In this document: positions 39,055 to 52,396 of the stretch, one piece after another
Layout: every line of letters begins with the position of its first letter
Position numbering within the stretch: position 1 is the first letter of the stretch
From: Octopus sinensis
Lineage: Eukaryota
Direction of reading: 5' to 3'
DNA length: 64,000 nucleotides
Assembly (NCBI RefSeq): GCF_006345805.1
Contig: NC_042997.1
Span: 18,724,001 to 18,788,000, forward strand
The notes under the pieces: generated by a model
The model's database searches: none
Told to the model about the DNA's origin: nothing
Seen by the model: the letters and a program-made list of their open reading frames with translations, nothing else
Translations under genes and position numbers: made by a program

Positions 39055-39562
39055 AATTGAGGCAATTTTTACAATGCATAAAACTGGTTATAAATACTAA
39101 AATAATGGTAGTAGACAGATATGATTTTAATGTAACATTTATTGCAACAAAAACATTTATCACTCAATGTGGCAGCTCTTTGGGCAATTACTGCCTCCAC
39201 ACAAGAACAAAATTGTTTTGCAGCTACTGCAACCTCCACCTTTTTGATTTTGTGTGTCGCATGCACAATGCAAGTCTTCAAACTGTTGACACTTGAGTGT
39301 GGTGAAGCATTGGTCCTTGCTTGAAGTGCACCCCATAAAAAGTAATTGAGAAAGTTGAGAGCTGGGCCATCACTGGGCCAGATGCTAGCCCTCACAAAAA
39401 ATGGCACCTTCTCACCAAGAAAGGCCTGTGTTGCTTTTGACCCATGGCATGGGCAGAAACCTGGATAAGTACCACATTGTCAAGCCCAAACTTTTGCTCC
39501 ATCCCAAGAAACAGAGTTTCTCAGGATGTCCAGATACTCCTTTCTGCCAATATTCAAGCCAT
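39055..39562 (-). mobile_element. maT/DD37D-like transposase 3' fragment
   Basis: GLNIGRKEYLDILRN and IWPSDGPALNFLNYFLWGALQARTNASPHSSVNSLKTCIV. Confidence 0.75.
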
Positions 39563-39881
39563 TAATCGAACTCAGCTGGACGGCTAGAATGGGGTGCATC
39601 TTTGAGGGCAAAATTTCCATTTTTGAACTTGGCATACCAATCATGAGCAGTTCTTTCAGCTATGGCATCCTCTCCATACACAGAACAAATGTCGCGAGCA
39701 GCTTTTGTGGCCTTAGAACCTTGATTAAAAGCAAAAAGAAGGAGGTGTCAAAAATGCTCGTTTTTCTTACCATGAGATTACATTTTAATGATCTGAAAAT
39801 AAACTAAAATTAACTAGAAAAAAACAAAATAGATTCCAAAAGTTAAAAACGCAATTAATTCCAAAATTTAAAAAAACCACA
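39563..39881 (-). mobile_element. mariner transposase 5' (HTH) fragment
   Basis: EHF*HLLLFAFNQGSKATKAARDICSVYGEDAIAERTAHDWYAKFKNGNFALKDAPHSSRPAEFD. Confidence 0.8.
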
Positions 39882-39885
39882 GGAA

Positions 39886-40224
39886 CTTGGGCATGTGTCT
39901 TCTACTATAGCTTCAGGATGACCAAAAGCCTTGCAAGTGAATTTGGTACATGGAAACTGAAAGAAGCCCATCATGTATATATATGGTGTGTGTGTGTTTG
40001 TGTGTGTGTATGTGTAGGTTTGTGTGTCTGTGTTTGTCCCCCCAACATCGCTTGACAACTGATGCTGGTGTGTTTACATCCCTGTAACTTAGCGGTTCAG
40101 CAAAAGACACTGATAGAATAAGTACTAGGCTTACAAAAAATAAGTCCTGGGGTTGATTTGCTTGACTAAAGGCAGTGCTCCAGCATGGCCACAGTCAAAT
40201 AACTGAAACAAATAAAAGAAAAAA
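39886..40224 (+). mobile_element. SINE family A, 5'-truncated, with an inverted tail fragment at 40315-40370
   Basis: High similarity to the other copies. Confidence 0.88.
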
Positions 40225-40228
40225 TGAA

Positions 40229-40259
<31 letters not shown>

Positions 40260-41799
40260 CCTACACACATACACATATACATATATGTATGTATGTATAT
40301 ACATTATTTCAAGCCCTTTTACTCTTTTACTTGTTTTAGTCATTTAACTGCGGCCATGCTGGAGTACCTCCTTTATGTCTATAATTTCAAAATATGTAAG
40401 AATCTTTCAGTTACAGATAGATTATGTGCTGTCAACCACATATTACTGGCAGCTTTATTGAATATTTTCACTAAATTGGAGAATGTAGGATGTTATCATT
40501 TATTTCACAAGGTATATAACTTAAGTAGCTGTTTCATAGTATACCCAGTCATACACTTCTAATATAACTGGTGATCTTACCATTAAACATTAAACCAGAC
40601 TGCTTAGTCTCCACAAACTCTAACACATTCATGAAGGAAGCTCTTGTTGCTTTCATAATTATCTCTATTAGTTTTGATTCACAATGATTTCCTGTCTTGA
40701 ACACAATAACTCCTGAATTTTTAATAGTTCCTGTACAGCTAATGTGTTGAGCATCAGAGGTTAAGCTAATTTAGTCAATAAATCTTTCTCTACCAAATGC
40801 CTTGCACATCTCTTTGACAGGCTTCTGTTGGAATGATGGCCTTTGTGCATTTCAAAGTAATTATTACTACCCATTTATTCCTGATTTTCACAGTTAGTTT
40901 CACAATGGAATTGGCTCACAAATGTCCCTGTCTTTTCCAAGTAAACTGTTCATTTAGAGACTTCCTTTCAAAATCCATTTTCCTCTCTGCTAAGTTATTA
41001 AGATAGGTCTAAAAATTCAGTTATTCTCCTACATCCTTGGAGTGGATATTTATTTACAATTTTTATTCTCATATTCTTCTTTTAAATATTGGAAACCTTC
41101 CCTGAGAGTTATAGTTAGTAATTCGTGAAATGGCACTAGAACCAATTTTCCAGCTCAGTTAACTGATGTAATGAAATGAGCAAAAGAAGAAAATTATGTG
41201 TTGTCTTTGAACACAATATATTGCCTGTTGCTAGTTTTGAACTTTTGGTTTTAGAGCATTTATGCAAAAAATTTAGTACTTAATATGAGGAAACATTTCT
41301 GAAATATGGCTATCAACTGTGATGGCATAATGCATTCCCTCCATTTACGTTCAGAAAAATCACCTGTTAAACACAAAACTTTAATTTTAATTTTACCACG
41401 GGGAGTTGCTTTCTTCTTATTAAAGAGAGTAGTTCTGGCAAACTGATTTCATAACCTGGCTGCAATTTCATTTTGAAGCCATTTTAGTAAACTTACATTA
41501 GAAATGCCATAAAGAAAGCTATCATTTTCTTTTGCTATAAACTTGTTCCCATATCGTAAGTCATTATTCTAACCCTTTAGAAGGATATCGCAGTTCAGTT
41601 GAAAAGTCAAGTAGCCATTTTCAATTTCTAACCAGAAACATTTCACTTTATTTATCATTTATCTGTTCCAAGATCATAAAAATGACCCTTTCTATTTCCA
41701 GTAAATTTCATATATTTACATCTGTTTATAAAAACCACTATTATAATATCTTCTGCAACAAGATTTACAAAAGTAGCATTCTAGAAGGAACAGTAAATA

Positions 41800-43051
41800 T
41801 TGGGTTGGCCGAAAGGTCCATTCAGTTTCTGCCAAAACTAAACTTCAAGCACTATAATAAGTTGCAAACGTAAGTCTGTCCCTTGCACATGCACAATAGT
41901 TACATGCTTGACACTGCAATGTAGTTTGACACAAACTTACAATGAGACAGGTTGTATTTTGTGTGCTTCAGGTAATTCTGAAAACAGACAACCAAAATGA
42001 ACATTATTTATACCTCATATTTTCTTATTTTAGAAAAGGCAAGAAATCAGTGGAAACCTGAAGGAAGATATGTGCTGTGTATGGAGACGATGCTGTTATG
42101 GAAAATATTTACCAGAAGTGGTTTTCAAGATTTCAGTTCAGAAATTTTTTAATTCACTATGTACTGTGCTCAGGATGGCTGGGATAAACAGCAATATCAA
42201 GCCTTGTTATACAACTAGGATGATCTAAATATTCCCCAAATACTCAAATTGAGTGTTGAAAATCATCTGCATCAACTTGGTTACATCAGCAGGCTTGCTG
42301 TTTGGGTCCCACATCAGTTGAATGAGGCTAACTTCACCCACTGGATTTCCATCTAAGATTTCTTGTAGAAACAGGAAGAAACCATTCTTTTTTTAAGAGA
42401 ATGGTGACAGGGTATAAAAAGTGAGTCGTCTATAACAAGGCAAAGCACAAGCGATCAGAGAGAAGTGTGGTGAACTACCACAAACAACCTTCAAGGCAGG
42501 ACTTCACTTGAAAAAAGGTATGCTTTCGATTTGGTGGAATTGGAAGTGTGTTGTCTTTTACAAGTTTCTTCCCATGGACTGGAACATTAACTTGGATGTG
42601 TACTAGATCAGCTGGACAAATTAAATGCAGTGAGCCACTAGAAGCATCCAGTTAATCATAAGGGCATTGTATTCCATCATGATAATTCCAGACTGTACAT
42701 TTCCTTAAAGATGCAATAGGAGTTACTAGAGATTGACTGGGATGTTTTGATGCTCCCTCCAAATTCATCCAACTTTGCACCTTCATATTTCCGCTTGGTT
42801 TAGTCTTTTTAAAAGTCATTGGAAGAACATAACATCACCTCAGAAGAGGATGTAAAAAAAATGACCTGGAAGAGTTTTTCACTAGTAGACAGGAAATTCT
42901 TTGAGCAGAAAATAATAGATCTACTCACATGGTGGCAGAAAATACTGAAACAAAATTATAATTATATCATTGATTGAATAAATTGCTTTGTGCTTAAAAC
43001 TAGAATCTTATTACCATTTAAAAAACTGAATGGACTTTTTGGTCAACACAA
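41800..43051 (+). mobile_element. Full-length decayed mariner element (~1.25 kb) with TIRs and TA TSD
   Basis: TIRs ttgggttggccgaaaggtccattcagttt / aaactgaatggactttttggtcaacacaa, TA on both sides. Peptides KICAVYGDDAV, WVPHQL, VFHHDNSR, with many stops. Confidence 0.92.
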
Positions 43052-43127
43052 TATTATTGAGAAATATTATTGAATAGATGTTCAGGCTATGGATTTTAAA
43101 AGATTTTGTGGAATTTTGAATTTGTTG

Positions 43128-43348
43128 CTGCTGCTTGTTGAGCGTTTGTTTGTTTGTTTGTTGATCGAAGCGGTCTTCATCCCAGAGCTCGCAAGATTGT
43201 GCCTTTGTAGTGGGAGAAGTCCGAAATGTGGTCCTTTGCTATTCGTAAGACCTGCAGAAGAGAAAGCCGGGTCAACCCCTGACACCGAGAGCATCAACAG
43301 ATGGATGAATGCACATCCAGGCTCAGCGATTGCGTAGGAAGTTGGGAA
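43128..43348 (-). mobile_element. Headless SINE 3' module with (AAAC)n tail
   Basis: Reverse complement of 27485-27680, with ~20 extra bases. Confidence 0.8.
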
Positions 43349-46300
43349 TGTTGCTGCTGCTGGCAAATTATTTGCAGAAAAAAATTAACTCTCAAAGTAA
43401 TTCCTTGGAGGTGAGTGCTGGTGTTATAGTTGTGAAAAAGACAATTCAAGGTTTATGTGTTACTCTTTAGGTGATTGAGTGACTTCATATCTTAGATGTA
43501 GTTAACTGAATTTAACTGCCCAGACTTTTCTAGTTCTGATGAGATATGAGGTAATAAAAGAGATAGCCACTGTCATAACAAGCTCAAAAGAGGTTAGAGT
43601 AGGGAGAATTTGTGTTTCATAAACACTCATAAATCTTTCAACATTCAAGTAAAGTTCTATTTGAAAGCATAATTGGTTAAGATAGCTATGTTAGCATATG
43701 TAAATAAATTCTTAAAGAACTGATAGAAGTATGGTTCATTTGAGTCTTCTTGAATTAAATTGGAAGTTGGACAGGGTTTATATTTTAAAGATTTTAAAGT
43801 AAAAGAAAAATTAAAATAGTGAAATGTGTCATCTGGCTTTGATCCCTTCTGTTAATTTCTTGATTGTCATAAAAATTTTGCAAATAGCTCTCAGTCATGT
43901 TCAAACGGCCAGGCACTAGACTCTTTAGCCTGAAGGAACATCAATGAAGACTTCATTCAAATACTCAAGGAAGTCAGCTTGGCAGAGATAATGAAAGTAA
44001 TGATTGTAATACTCCAGTATAGCCTCAGCCAATAAGCTAAAAATGGTGAAGTGAGAGAACCTACCTCTTTAAATAATGTTTAACTCAATACTACAAACTA
44101 GTAAAACATTTATTAGTTTTATAGGACAACTGCTGCCAGCACAAGTGGGATTCTTCAAACACTTAGCTATTTATTTAATGTCCATCCATTGGTAATCAAT
44201 AAAGACCACATCTCTAATTACACTGCAATTCAACAAAAGATGTAGCTGCACGGGGTCCAGAGAATCATATCTGCTTCCAGCTACACTTTGTCTTCCATAT
44301 TATTCTTGCAAGCGAGGGAACAACGTATAGAAACAATGGGGTTTCATTGTTGCAGGTATATGTGATAACCCAGTTGTTGTAGGGAAAAGTCCTTTTGCTA
44401 CAACAGTACTCTAACAGTCTTTTACATTACTTCAACAAAAGGGGAAATACAAATTTGGTAGAATCAAAGAAACACACTGCTACTCCCACCTATACTACAT
44501 TGTACATATACCTTGCAAGTGAAGATTCTCCAGAAGTGGTATTTCATTGTCATAAATGTATGTAGTACCCTAACTGCTATAGCAAAGAAGTCTATTGTCT
44601 GTTTGTAGTTCTAAGACGTTAATATTAGTTTGACCTGAAGCCACAGCTTCTACAAGACATAGCTTCAAGTGGGAAGAACTTGCTCTACATCATCCACACT
44701 TTCTCATCTTCACTCATCTGGATCCTGTGCCAAGATATAGTCAGGACAGTTGAAGATGACACTAGATTCAAGAGTTGCTGGAGACTTGGCAGGGTTTATC
44801 AAGAAACCATCTGTGAGGTTTCACTCTGATATTTCAGTCATGGTTTTTATCCCTAACCTTCTGCTATCATTAGCACTCAAATGAGAGTCAGACTATTTTA
44901 TCATTACTTCAAGGTCTGTCGATAACAAACATGAGCTGCAGTCATACTCACAATTTAGTAAGGGTTGTGATTTGAAGTTTTCCATCTTCTGCATTTGTCT
45001 TCTCTCAAGAATTGTTGGGGGCCACCACCGTCTTGGTTTAACTTACTACATGCTTTGTTACTAACTCAAGTAGTTCTATATTTCTATGAGACTTGACCAT
45101 AGACACAACAGAACTAGTGACAATGTATGAATTGCTAATTATTCAGCTGATAGTCCAAAATACTTGAGTAACTTATACATTTCTGCCAATCAATATCATT
45201 TCATCGCTGAAATAAATAAAGAGGTGAGTGCCTTTTCAAAATTGATATTTTGTTCAACACAAAAAATGTTATTTAGAGTGGAGAGCGGGTGGAGATGAGG
45301 AATATGATGATATGGATGAAGATGAGATTCAACATGTTGATGGAGAGAGCAACAATGATAATAATGTCTTAAAAAAAGACAAGAGATATGATGTTGAAGA
45401 TGAGAAGATGTTGATAAATATCTGGTTTTAATCTGAAGTGGCATAAGATGGTAATGATGACCATTGTAATGACAATGATGAATATTCTGATTTAATCTGG
45501 ACTATCTGAAAATGTTGTTAGCAAAATAATCAATAATAATAAAAACAACAACAACAATAATAATAATAATAATAAAGTTCTTACTGTTGCTGCTGATAAT
45601 GACGTTGACACAGATGATGGTAGTGGTGAAGTCAGTGGTAGTGATAGTGATGATGGTGGGGGGCGGTTACGGCGGTGGCGACGGTGGTGGTGGTGGTGGT
45701 GATGATGATGATGATGATGATGATGATAGAAAAGGTACAAGCATTGCTGTGTGGTTAAGAAGTTTGTTTTGCAGATACTTTTTTGTAGCCCATCGACATC
45801 TTAGGTTAGTGAGTAAAACTGGAAGGGGGGAAACTATACAGAATCCTGTCATATACATAAGCATCCCCCCCACACACAAGAGGAAATTCTTGAATCAAAG
45901 CTCAGGAAAAAATCCCAAATCCAAAGAGAACTCAGTAAGAGTAGTTAGTTATATATATTTTTTTTATTACTTTAGCAAAGAATGTTTGCACTTGCCAATT
46001 CCAACAGTTCTTAAGAAACAAAAAATCTGTAATCTCTGTGAATGAGTAAATGGCATGTGTGTGCGGGCGCATTTGTGTATGTGAGTGTGTGTGTGTTGCA
46101 TGCATTGGTTCCTGTGCCAGTTTGGAAATAATGGCCTTTGCATATATATATATGTTGCATAACGTATTGGTTCATGACTTTAAAATCATTACTGAGTTTA
46201 ATATGATCAACTAAAACCATTTCAGGCAGTGCTCCAGCATGGTTATAGCTCAATAACTGAAGCAAGTAAAAGAAGAGAAACGAATAAATGAATATATATA

Positions 46301-46674
46301 ATCTGCAGTCCCTCTTACCTTCAATCTTCAAGGTTGTAATTATTATATCTTTAAGACAGCAGTTACCTTTAAATCTAAGTAGTTATATCAATTGGGTTCA
46401 CTGTTCAACCAAGTTGCTCAATCTGCTTGAAACTGCAGCTAAATCTCTCTCAAATCACTCAGCAATGTGCTTTTGAAAAATGGACAATACAGTCCTAGAT
46501 ATACCACAGATGAAAATAATTCGGCATGGTCAGTGCTTGATTACTCTTAATTATAGGTTTGCTCAATCAGTGCAGGTGTGAGGGCTGACTAGCAGCATTT
46601 GAGATCTTGCTACATAACACTATACAGCTCCACACTACATTACTATACACTATACTACACAACTATGTTACACT

Positions 46675-47075
46675 AGGGAAGTTGTGGAAGAGGGTAACCG
46701 AAGAAGACATGGGATGAAGTACTGAAGGCCTATCTCAAACCGCTGAGCCTTATGAAGGAGATGACAGAGAAGCAAGATATGTGGTGCATTGCTGTACTCA
46801 AGAAGACCCACCCACCACAACAGAATTGAGATCCTAAAGCCAAGGTGTCATGTAAAAAACATTGACATGAGTGGTGGTGCCACGTAAAAAGCACATAGTG
46901 CTAATGCCACTTAAAAAGCACAGGGTACAACCCGTAAAGTGGTTGGTGTTAGGAAGACATCAAGCTGTAAAAACCATACCAAAATAGACTGGAACCTGGT
47001 GTGGTTCCTGATCTTGCCTGCTCCTGTCAAAGCGTCCAATTCATGCTAGCATGGAAAATGGACATTAAAGGAAGA
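46675..47075 (+). mobile_element. Diverged RTE LINE 3' end
   Basis: GSCGRG*PKKTWDEVLK, cacgtaaaaagcac units, terminus catggaaaatggacattaa. Confidence 0.75.
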
Positions 47076-47992
47076 AGAAGAAGAAGAAGAAGAAGAAGAA
47101 GAAGAAGAAGAACAACAACAACAACAAGGTGGTCATGGTGGTGGTAGTGGTGGTGGTCATAGTGATGGTGATGATGATGATGAACACTATATTACACTAT
47201 ACTACTCAACACTATATTACATGTTCAAATTTTTTCAGCCATGGTCATACTAAATTATTCAGAAGCAACAATCCCCAGAAGTTTAAATTGAATATCAACC
47301 GCCTAAGCCTTATCAGCCTTGGAGAAACCAACTCAATCATGAATTCTGTCTCCTGCTTTGGCTAAATGAAAAATAAATCAAGCAATAGAATAACTCAAAC
47401 CTCGAGTTATTTACAACTATTTTCCAAGAAAATGTTTCTCGCCCAAGATAATCATCAAGATAATTGTTTCTGTCACTAGATGGTTATTACTGCTGCCAAC
47501 AGCTAACGGTTAACTCTGCATCAGATTTATAGTTATCATTCCAATTAATAATCTTTACTAAAACATAATAATTAAGAACTACCATACTTAGTAATTATCT
47601 CTCTGTGTATTTGGTAGTCAGTCCATGTAAGAATTACATCAAAGATAGGGTTCTGATATTGATTAATTCAAAGTTCTACAAACTGGTTTGAGGTGAAGTT
47701 TTGTGAATTGCTGCTACTGTTTACATGTAACAAAGAAATAGGAAAGGGAAATTGCCTCTAAGATGGCCTTAATGAAAAGGTAAACTTTTGAAGGTATATG
47801 CTCAAATCCTTTATTTACTGTAAGACACAGACAAATGAAAGGAACCACAACATATTCACACCCGCTCTATCATTTGATTGTAGCTATACCATTTCCTCCC
47901 CACCTCATCATCATCATCAGCCTAAGGTTAATCCTCATTGTTGTCATAACTGTCGTCATTGTAATCATCATTGCTGTTGTTGTTTCTATTTT

Positions 47993-48220
47993 GGGCGAGC
48001 TGGTAGAATCGTTAGCACGCCGGGCGAAATGCGTAGCCGTATTTCGTCTACCGCTACGTCCTGGGTTCAAATTCCCCGAGGTCGACTTAGCCTTTCATCC
48101 TCTCGGGGTCGATAAATTAAGTACCAGTTGCGCATTGGGGTCGATATAATCGACTTAATCCCTTTGTCTGTCCTTATTTGTTCCCTCTGTGTTTAGCCCC
48201 TTGTGGGTAGTAAAGAAATA
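47993..48220 (+). mobile_element. tRNA-derived SINE family D with a Meta-domain-like core
   Basis: Head ggcgagctggtagaatcgttagc...gggttcaaattcc. Core ggtcgacttagcctttcatcctctcggggtcgataaattaagtaccag resembles the MetaSINE central domain as I recall it. Confidence 0.75.
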
Positions 48221-48505
48221 TATTTTGGCTTGAATCAGTTCATTAAGGTCTGACTCAGTTCTTGTTTGCAGTTATTGTTCTACTAGACAGGTTATACAGC
48301 CAGGTCTCACTTTTCAATTTCATTTCTGGCTTGGATTCTATGGATGGATTGCCTTCCTAACATCAACTGCTTTACAGATCAAACTGGGTGCATTTTATGC
48401 TAGCACCATCATTAGAGAGGTTGTTCTATATCTGGAATTGCTTTATTCATTGTGCTCTTCCATTTTTAGTAAGTTGATCAACCATAAAGATTATTACTGG
48501 AGTTA

Positions 48506-49012
48506 CCATAAATCCTCGAGTATAGTCCGCCCTTGAGTATAATACACAGGGGATATTTAGAGGGCTATACTTCTGCTGAACCTAAACCTTGTGTATAATA
48601 CGCACCCCTTCTCTAACTTGAGTTGTGCGTAATTAAGCCAGCAGTACCTAGTCGAACAAACACTTCTGCACATGTGTAATACAATAATGGTGATGTTCTT
48701 AACTGTTATATGGGAATGTAAATATGTTTGCAAATTGTTTTTGTTACATGTTATTCTGTGTTCTGAATACTTTTATTTTAATAAATGTTGCTTACTGCAA
48801 GTTATGGATGATTCTTTTATGACTTCATTGCTTTCAGGCTTAGCTTAATGTATTTTCGCGCCCGACATCACAAAATGCGTCTGAATAAATATTGCCGGAC
48901 AGCAAATAGAGACTTGGACATTGCTTAGAAAATAATTTTCATTTTTAACCTTGTATATAGTACGCACTAGGGATTTTGGGAAAAAATGCGGATTATACTT
49001 GAGGATTTATGG
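48506..49012. mobile_element. Non-autonomous Tc2/pogo-type DNA transposon (507 bp)
   Basis: TIRs CCATAAATCCTCGAGTATAGTCCGC / GCGGATTATACTTGAGGATTTATGG, TA on both sides, subterminal repeats tgtataatacgcac. Confidence 0.88.
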
Positions 49013-49888
49013 TATGTATTCCCTTCCTTTTTCTCTTCCTACCATTCATCCCTCTCTCACATACATTCTCACACACATCAATATAAATAGTGAAACTGCA
49101 ATCTAAGAGTCAGGCAGACAAACCTGAACTAGATCTAGAGTAGAAAGGGTATGTCATTGATGAGGTCACAAATGACCTCCAAAAGACTATGGCAAATGTA
49201 GCTGATTGTTGACCAAGTGATAATCAAAGAATCGATTAGTTAATCGGTTAGATGGTTAACCAAATGAACAACGAAAATAAAAAAGTGAAACAAAACTAGT
49301 GTGTGCACTTATTATTGGCATAAAGTCCCACCTGAGATAGAAGAAAATCAGTTCCACCAGTTCACATCAAGAATCTTGCAAACCGAATACAAAAACAAAA
49401 AAAAATTGCTTTAACGCTTTCTTCATATAAAGAAACATTAAGTAACTCACTGTAAAGATAATTATTTCCAAAACAATGATTATTTCCAAAACAACAATTA
49501 TTCAAAAACAATAAACTTGTTGCCTTTATCTAAAACATTTATTTTTATGTTTTAGTTGCTGGAGAGAACATTCAGTTTTAACAACGGAATTAACATTTTT
49601 ACAAAGTTGTATTTCGTTCAGTGTTCATGTTGTTAGAAACACGTAAGCATGCATGCACCTCCTTATATATAATTAATTCATATGTTCTGAGGCATGTTAA
49701 ATAATATTCATCATTCCCTAATTGCTAATCTCATCTCCAGCTTCAGATGATTTAATCTACATGTCCATACATAAATACATACATACATGTGTGTATGTAT
49801 GTATGTATGTATGTATGTATGTATGTATGTATGTATGTATGTATGTATGTATGTATGTATGTATGTGTGTTTGAATGTATGTATGTGC

Positions 49889-49926
<38 letters not shown>

Positions 49927-50059
49927 ACATACACACACACACACATATATATATATATACATACTAACAATATAGGATGAAGTCCCTTTCTCTACAGAAA
50001 AGGATTCCATCAAAAAGCGTAGCAGTATATTAAAAAACCATTACGGTTGAAGTATAAAC

Positions 50060-50148
50060 ATCTTATAATTAAGGGCTAAAGAAGGATATTCTATAGCCAA
50101 TACTGTATTGGCTATAGAATATCCTTCTTTAGCCCTTAATTATAAGAT
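50060..50148. repeat. Perfect 44-bp-arm inverted repeat with 1-nt spacer
   Basis: atcttataattaagggctaaagaaggatattctatagccaatac-T-gtattggctatagaatatccttctttagcccttaattataagat. Confidence 0.97.
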
Positions 50149-50195
50149 ATATATATACATATGTATATACATACTTATATATATATGTATGTATG

Positions 50196-50231
<36 letters not shown>

Positions 50232-50235
<4 letters not shown>

Positions 50236-51103
50236 TCATCATCGTCGTTTAGCGTCCGCTTTCCATGCTGGCATGGGTTGGACGGTGCAACTGGGGTCTG
50301 GGAAGCCAGAAGGCTGCACCAGGCCCAGTCTGATCTGGCAATGTTTCTATGGCTGGATGCCCTTCCTAACGCCAACCACTCCATGAGTGTAGTGGGTGCT
50401 TTTTACGTGCCACCTGCACAGGTGCCGGACAAGTCTAGCAAACGGCCACAGTCGGATGGTGCTTTTTACGTGCCACTGGCACGGAGGCGAGGCGAGGCTG
50501 GCAAACGACCACGATCGGATGGTGCTTTTTACGTGCCACCGGCACGGAGGCCAGGCAAGGCTGGCAACGGCCACGATCGGATGGTGCTTTTTATGTGCCA
50601 CCGGCAGGGAAGCCAGTCAGGGCGGCACTGGCAACGGCCACGTTCGGATGGTTCTCTTATGTGCCACCAGCACTGATATCACAGCAACAATTTCCATTCA
50701 TGTTGATCAATTTTGATTTTTGATTTTTTCATTTTTGACTTTTTAGTTATTTTTTGTTTTTGATTTTCACTTGCCTCAACAGGTTTTCACAAGTAGCGTT
50801 TTGTGTCCCAAGAAGGAAAGGTATGCATAAGTGGACTGGCTACATCTCAGGTAGAGGCCATGGGTGATGGTCTCACTTGTCCTGCCGGGTCTTCTCATGC
50901 ACAGCATACTTCCAAAGGTCTCGGTCTCTAGTCATTTCCTCGGTGAGACCTAAAGTTTGAAGGTCGTGCTTCACCACCTCATCCCAGGTTTTCCGGGGTC
51001 TGCCTCTTCCACAGATTTCCTCAACAGCTAGGGTGTGGCACTTTTTCACACAACTATCTTCATCCATTCTCGCCACGTGACCATACCAGCGCAAACGTCT
51101 CTC
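50232..51103 (-). mobile_element. Young RTE LINE 3' end with a ~60-bp tandem array in the 3' UTR
   Basis: RLRWYGHVARMDEDSCVKKCHTLAVEEICGRGRPRKTWDEVVKHDL. Units start near 50394, 50458, 50521, 50583 and 50649. Confidence 0.9.
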
Positions 51104-51240
51104 TTATATATATATATATACATGTATATATGTATGTATATATACACACACACACATATATATATATATATAGTGACAGTAACAAATATAGTGACAGTAA
51201 CGCAGTTCTAATTTCAGAAACTAATCCTAGCAGAATAAGA

Positions 51241-51633
51241 TTCACGTCGGCGAACTCCAAGATCAGAAACGCCGTCTACTAATGCAAGGTTTACACGGAC
51301 TCAGATGTCTACGCTTATGTAGGGGCCTCATCGTCAAGATTGGCTTTACGAATCTCCAACCATTACGCAACTTTTCGAGACATGAATAAACGCCAGACCA
51401 CGGGACTTAGCAAGCTAATATGGCGATTGAAGAATACGAACTCAAGCTACAGGCTGGAATGGTCAATTTTGTCGGTGGCCCTCCCATTTGATAGGGGCAG
51501 AAGGATGTGCAACCTTTGTGTCTCCGAACTCTTCCATATATTGTTCGCCAGAGACCGGATGGTAAACGGACTTTTACAGTCGGCTTTTCGATGCCCCCAT
51601 TGGCGGCGTTATACTTATCTAGCTTATAAATAA
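51241..51633 (+). pseudogene. Penelope-type C-terminal GIY-YIG endonuclease (one in-frame stop at 51280)
   Basis: NAVY*CKVYTDSDVYAYVGASSSRLALRISNHYATFR...TGLSKLIWRLK...LEWSIL...CNLCVSE...N...RCPH matches the PLE EN pattern VY..YxG..RxxNH..LSKxIW..CxLCxxE..CxH. Confidence 0.85.
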
Positions 51634-52306
51634 CGCTTATAAATAATACCTGAACCCGGTTACACTACTTATATGAAAATAGCCCTTGGTAATAAATTCT
51701 GAAAAAGCCGTTAAGAGAAATTTGATCAACCATTGCAAGGGGAATTACTCCTGTGAGATGAATGGGGCTTTGTTTTTTGTCGACGGGGGGTTTCTTTGAC
51801 AAGGCATGATTAGACGAACACACGCACACATAAAATATTTTTCTGCCGCCCGACCGATCTTACAGCAGTGACCATTGTGTAGAGCTGTTTACCAACTGAC
51901 AGCCGCGCGATCAAACGCACACACGTACACATAAAATGTTTTCTACCCCTTGACGGATTTCTCGGCAGTGACCAGAATGTAGCGCTTCTTGCCAACTTGC
52001 GCCCGTACACATATATAGAACAGTAAACACACACATGTCTCTAAGTAGTTTTTGTCTCGCCCCATATAATACATCCGATATTCTTTAAATAGTCAGAACT
52101 TTAATCTCGGTCACAAAGAACATCTACACACCCCGTGCCCTCACCCACCGAAATGACCGCTGCCTGACCCGTTAAAATCTTCAACGCACCCACCACCCGT
52201 TTTCAACATACACTGATAAACAGTTTGGCCATGGGCTCTTAGGAGCCTAGTTCGATTTGTTTTGCTCCGCCTCTGTTCTGTTTTTGTTTTTTCCAACGGA
52301 TTTCCT

Positions 52307-52396
52307 ATTTCTTCCTGAGAGAAAGACACAATATGGTCTCATTATTCAATCGGAATTTGGTAAATTGTGCCTTTCGAAACACGTGTAGAATGAAAT
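52307..52396 (+). ncRNA. Hammerhead-like motif in the PLE 3' region (core lacks N7)
   Basis: ttc-CTGAGA-gaaagacacaat...attgtgcctttc-GAAA-c-acgt-GTA-gaa. Stem II 11/12 bp. Confidence 0.6.

Noticed and set aside
45587-46045. 152-aa Gly/Asp-rich ORF
   Set aside because: It is built from (GGT)n/(GAT)n repeats plus unrelated downstream sequence.
50390-50680. CRISPR-like repeat/spacer appearance
   Set aside because: The linkers are homologous to each other, the array lies inside a LINE 3' UTR, the context is eukaryotic and there are no cas genes.
51280-51282. Recoded stop (selenocysteine) in the PLE endonuclease
   Set aside because: The stop is TAA, not TGA, so it is most simply a nonsense mutation.
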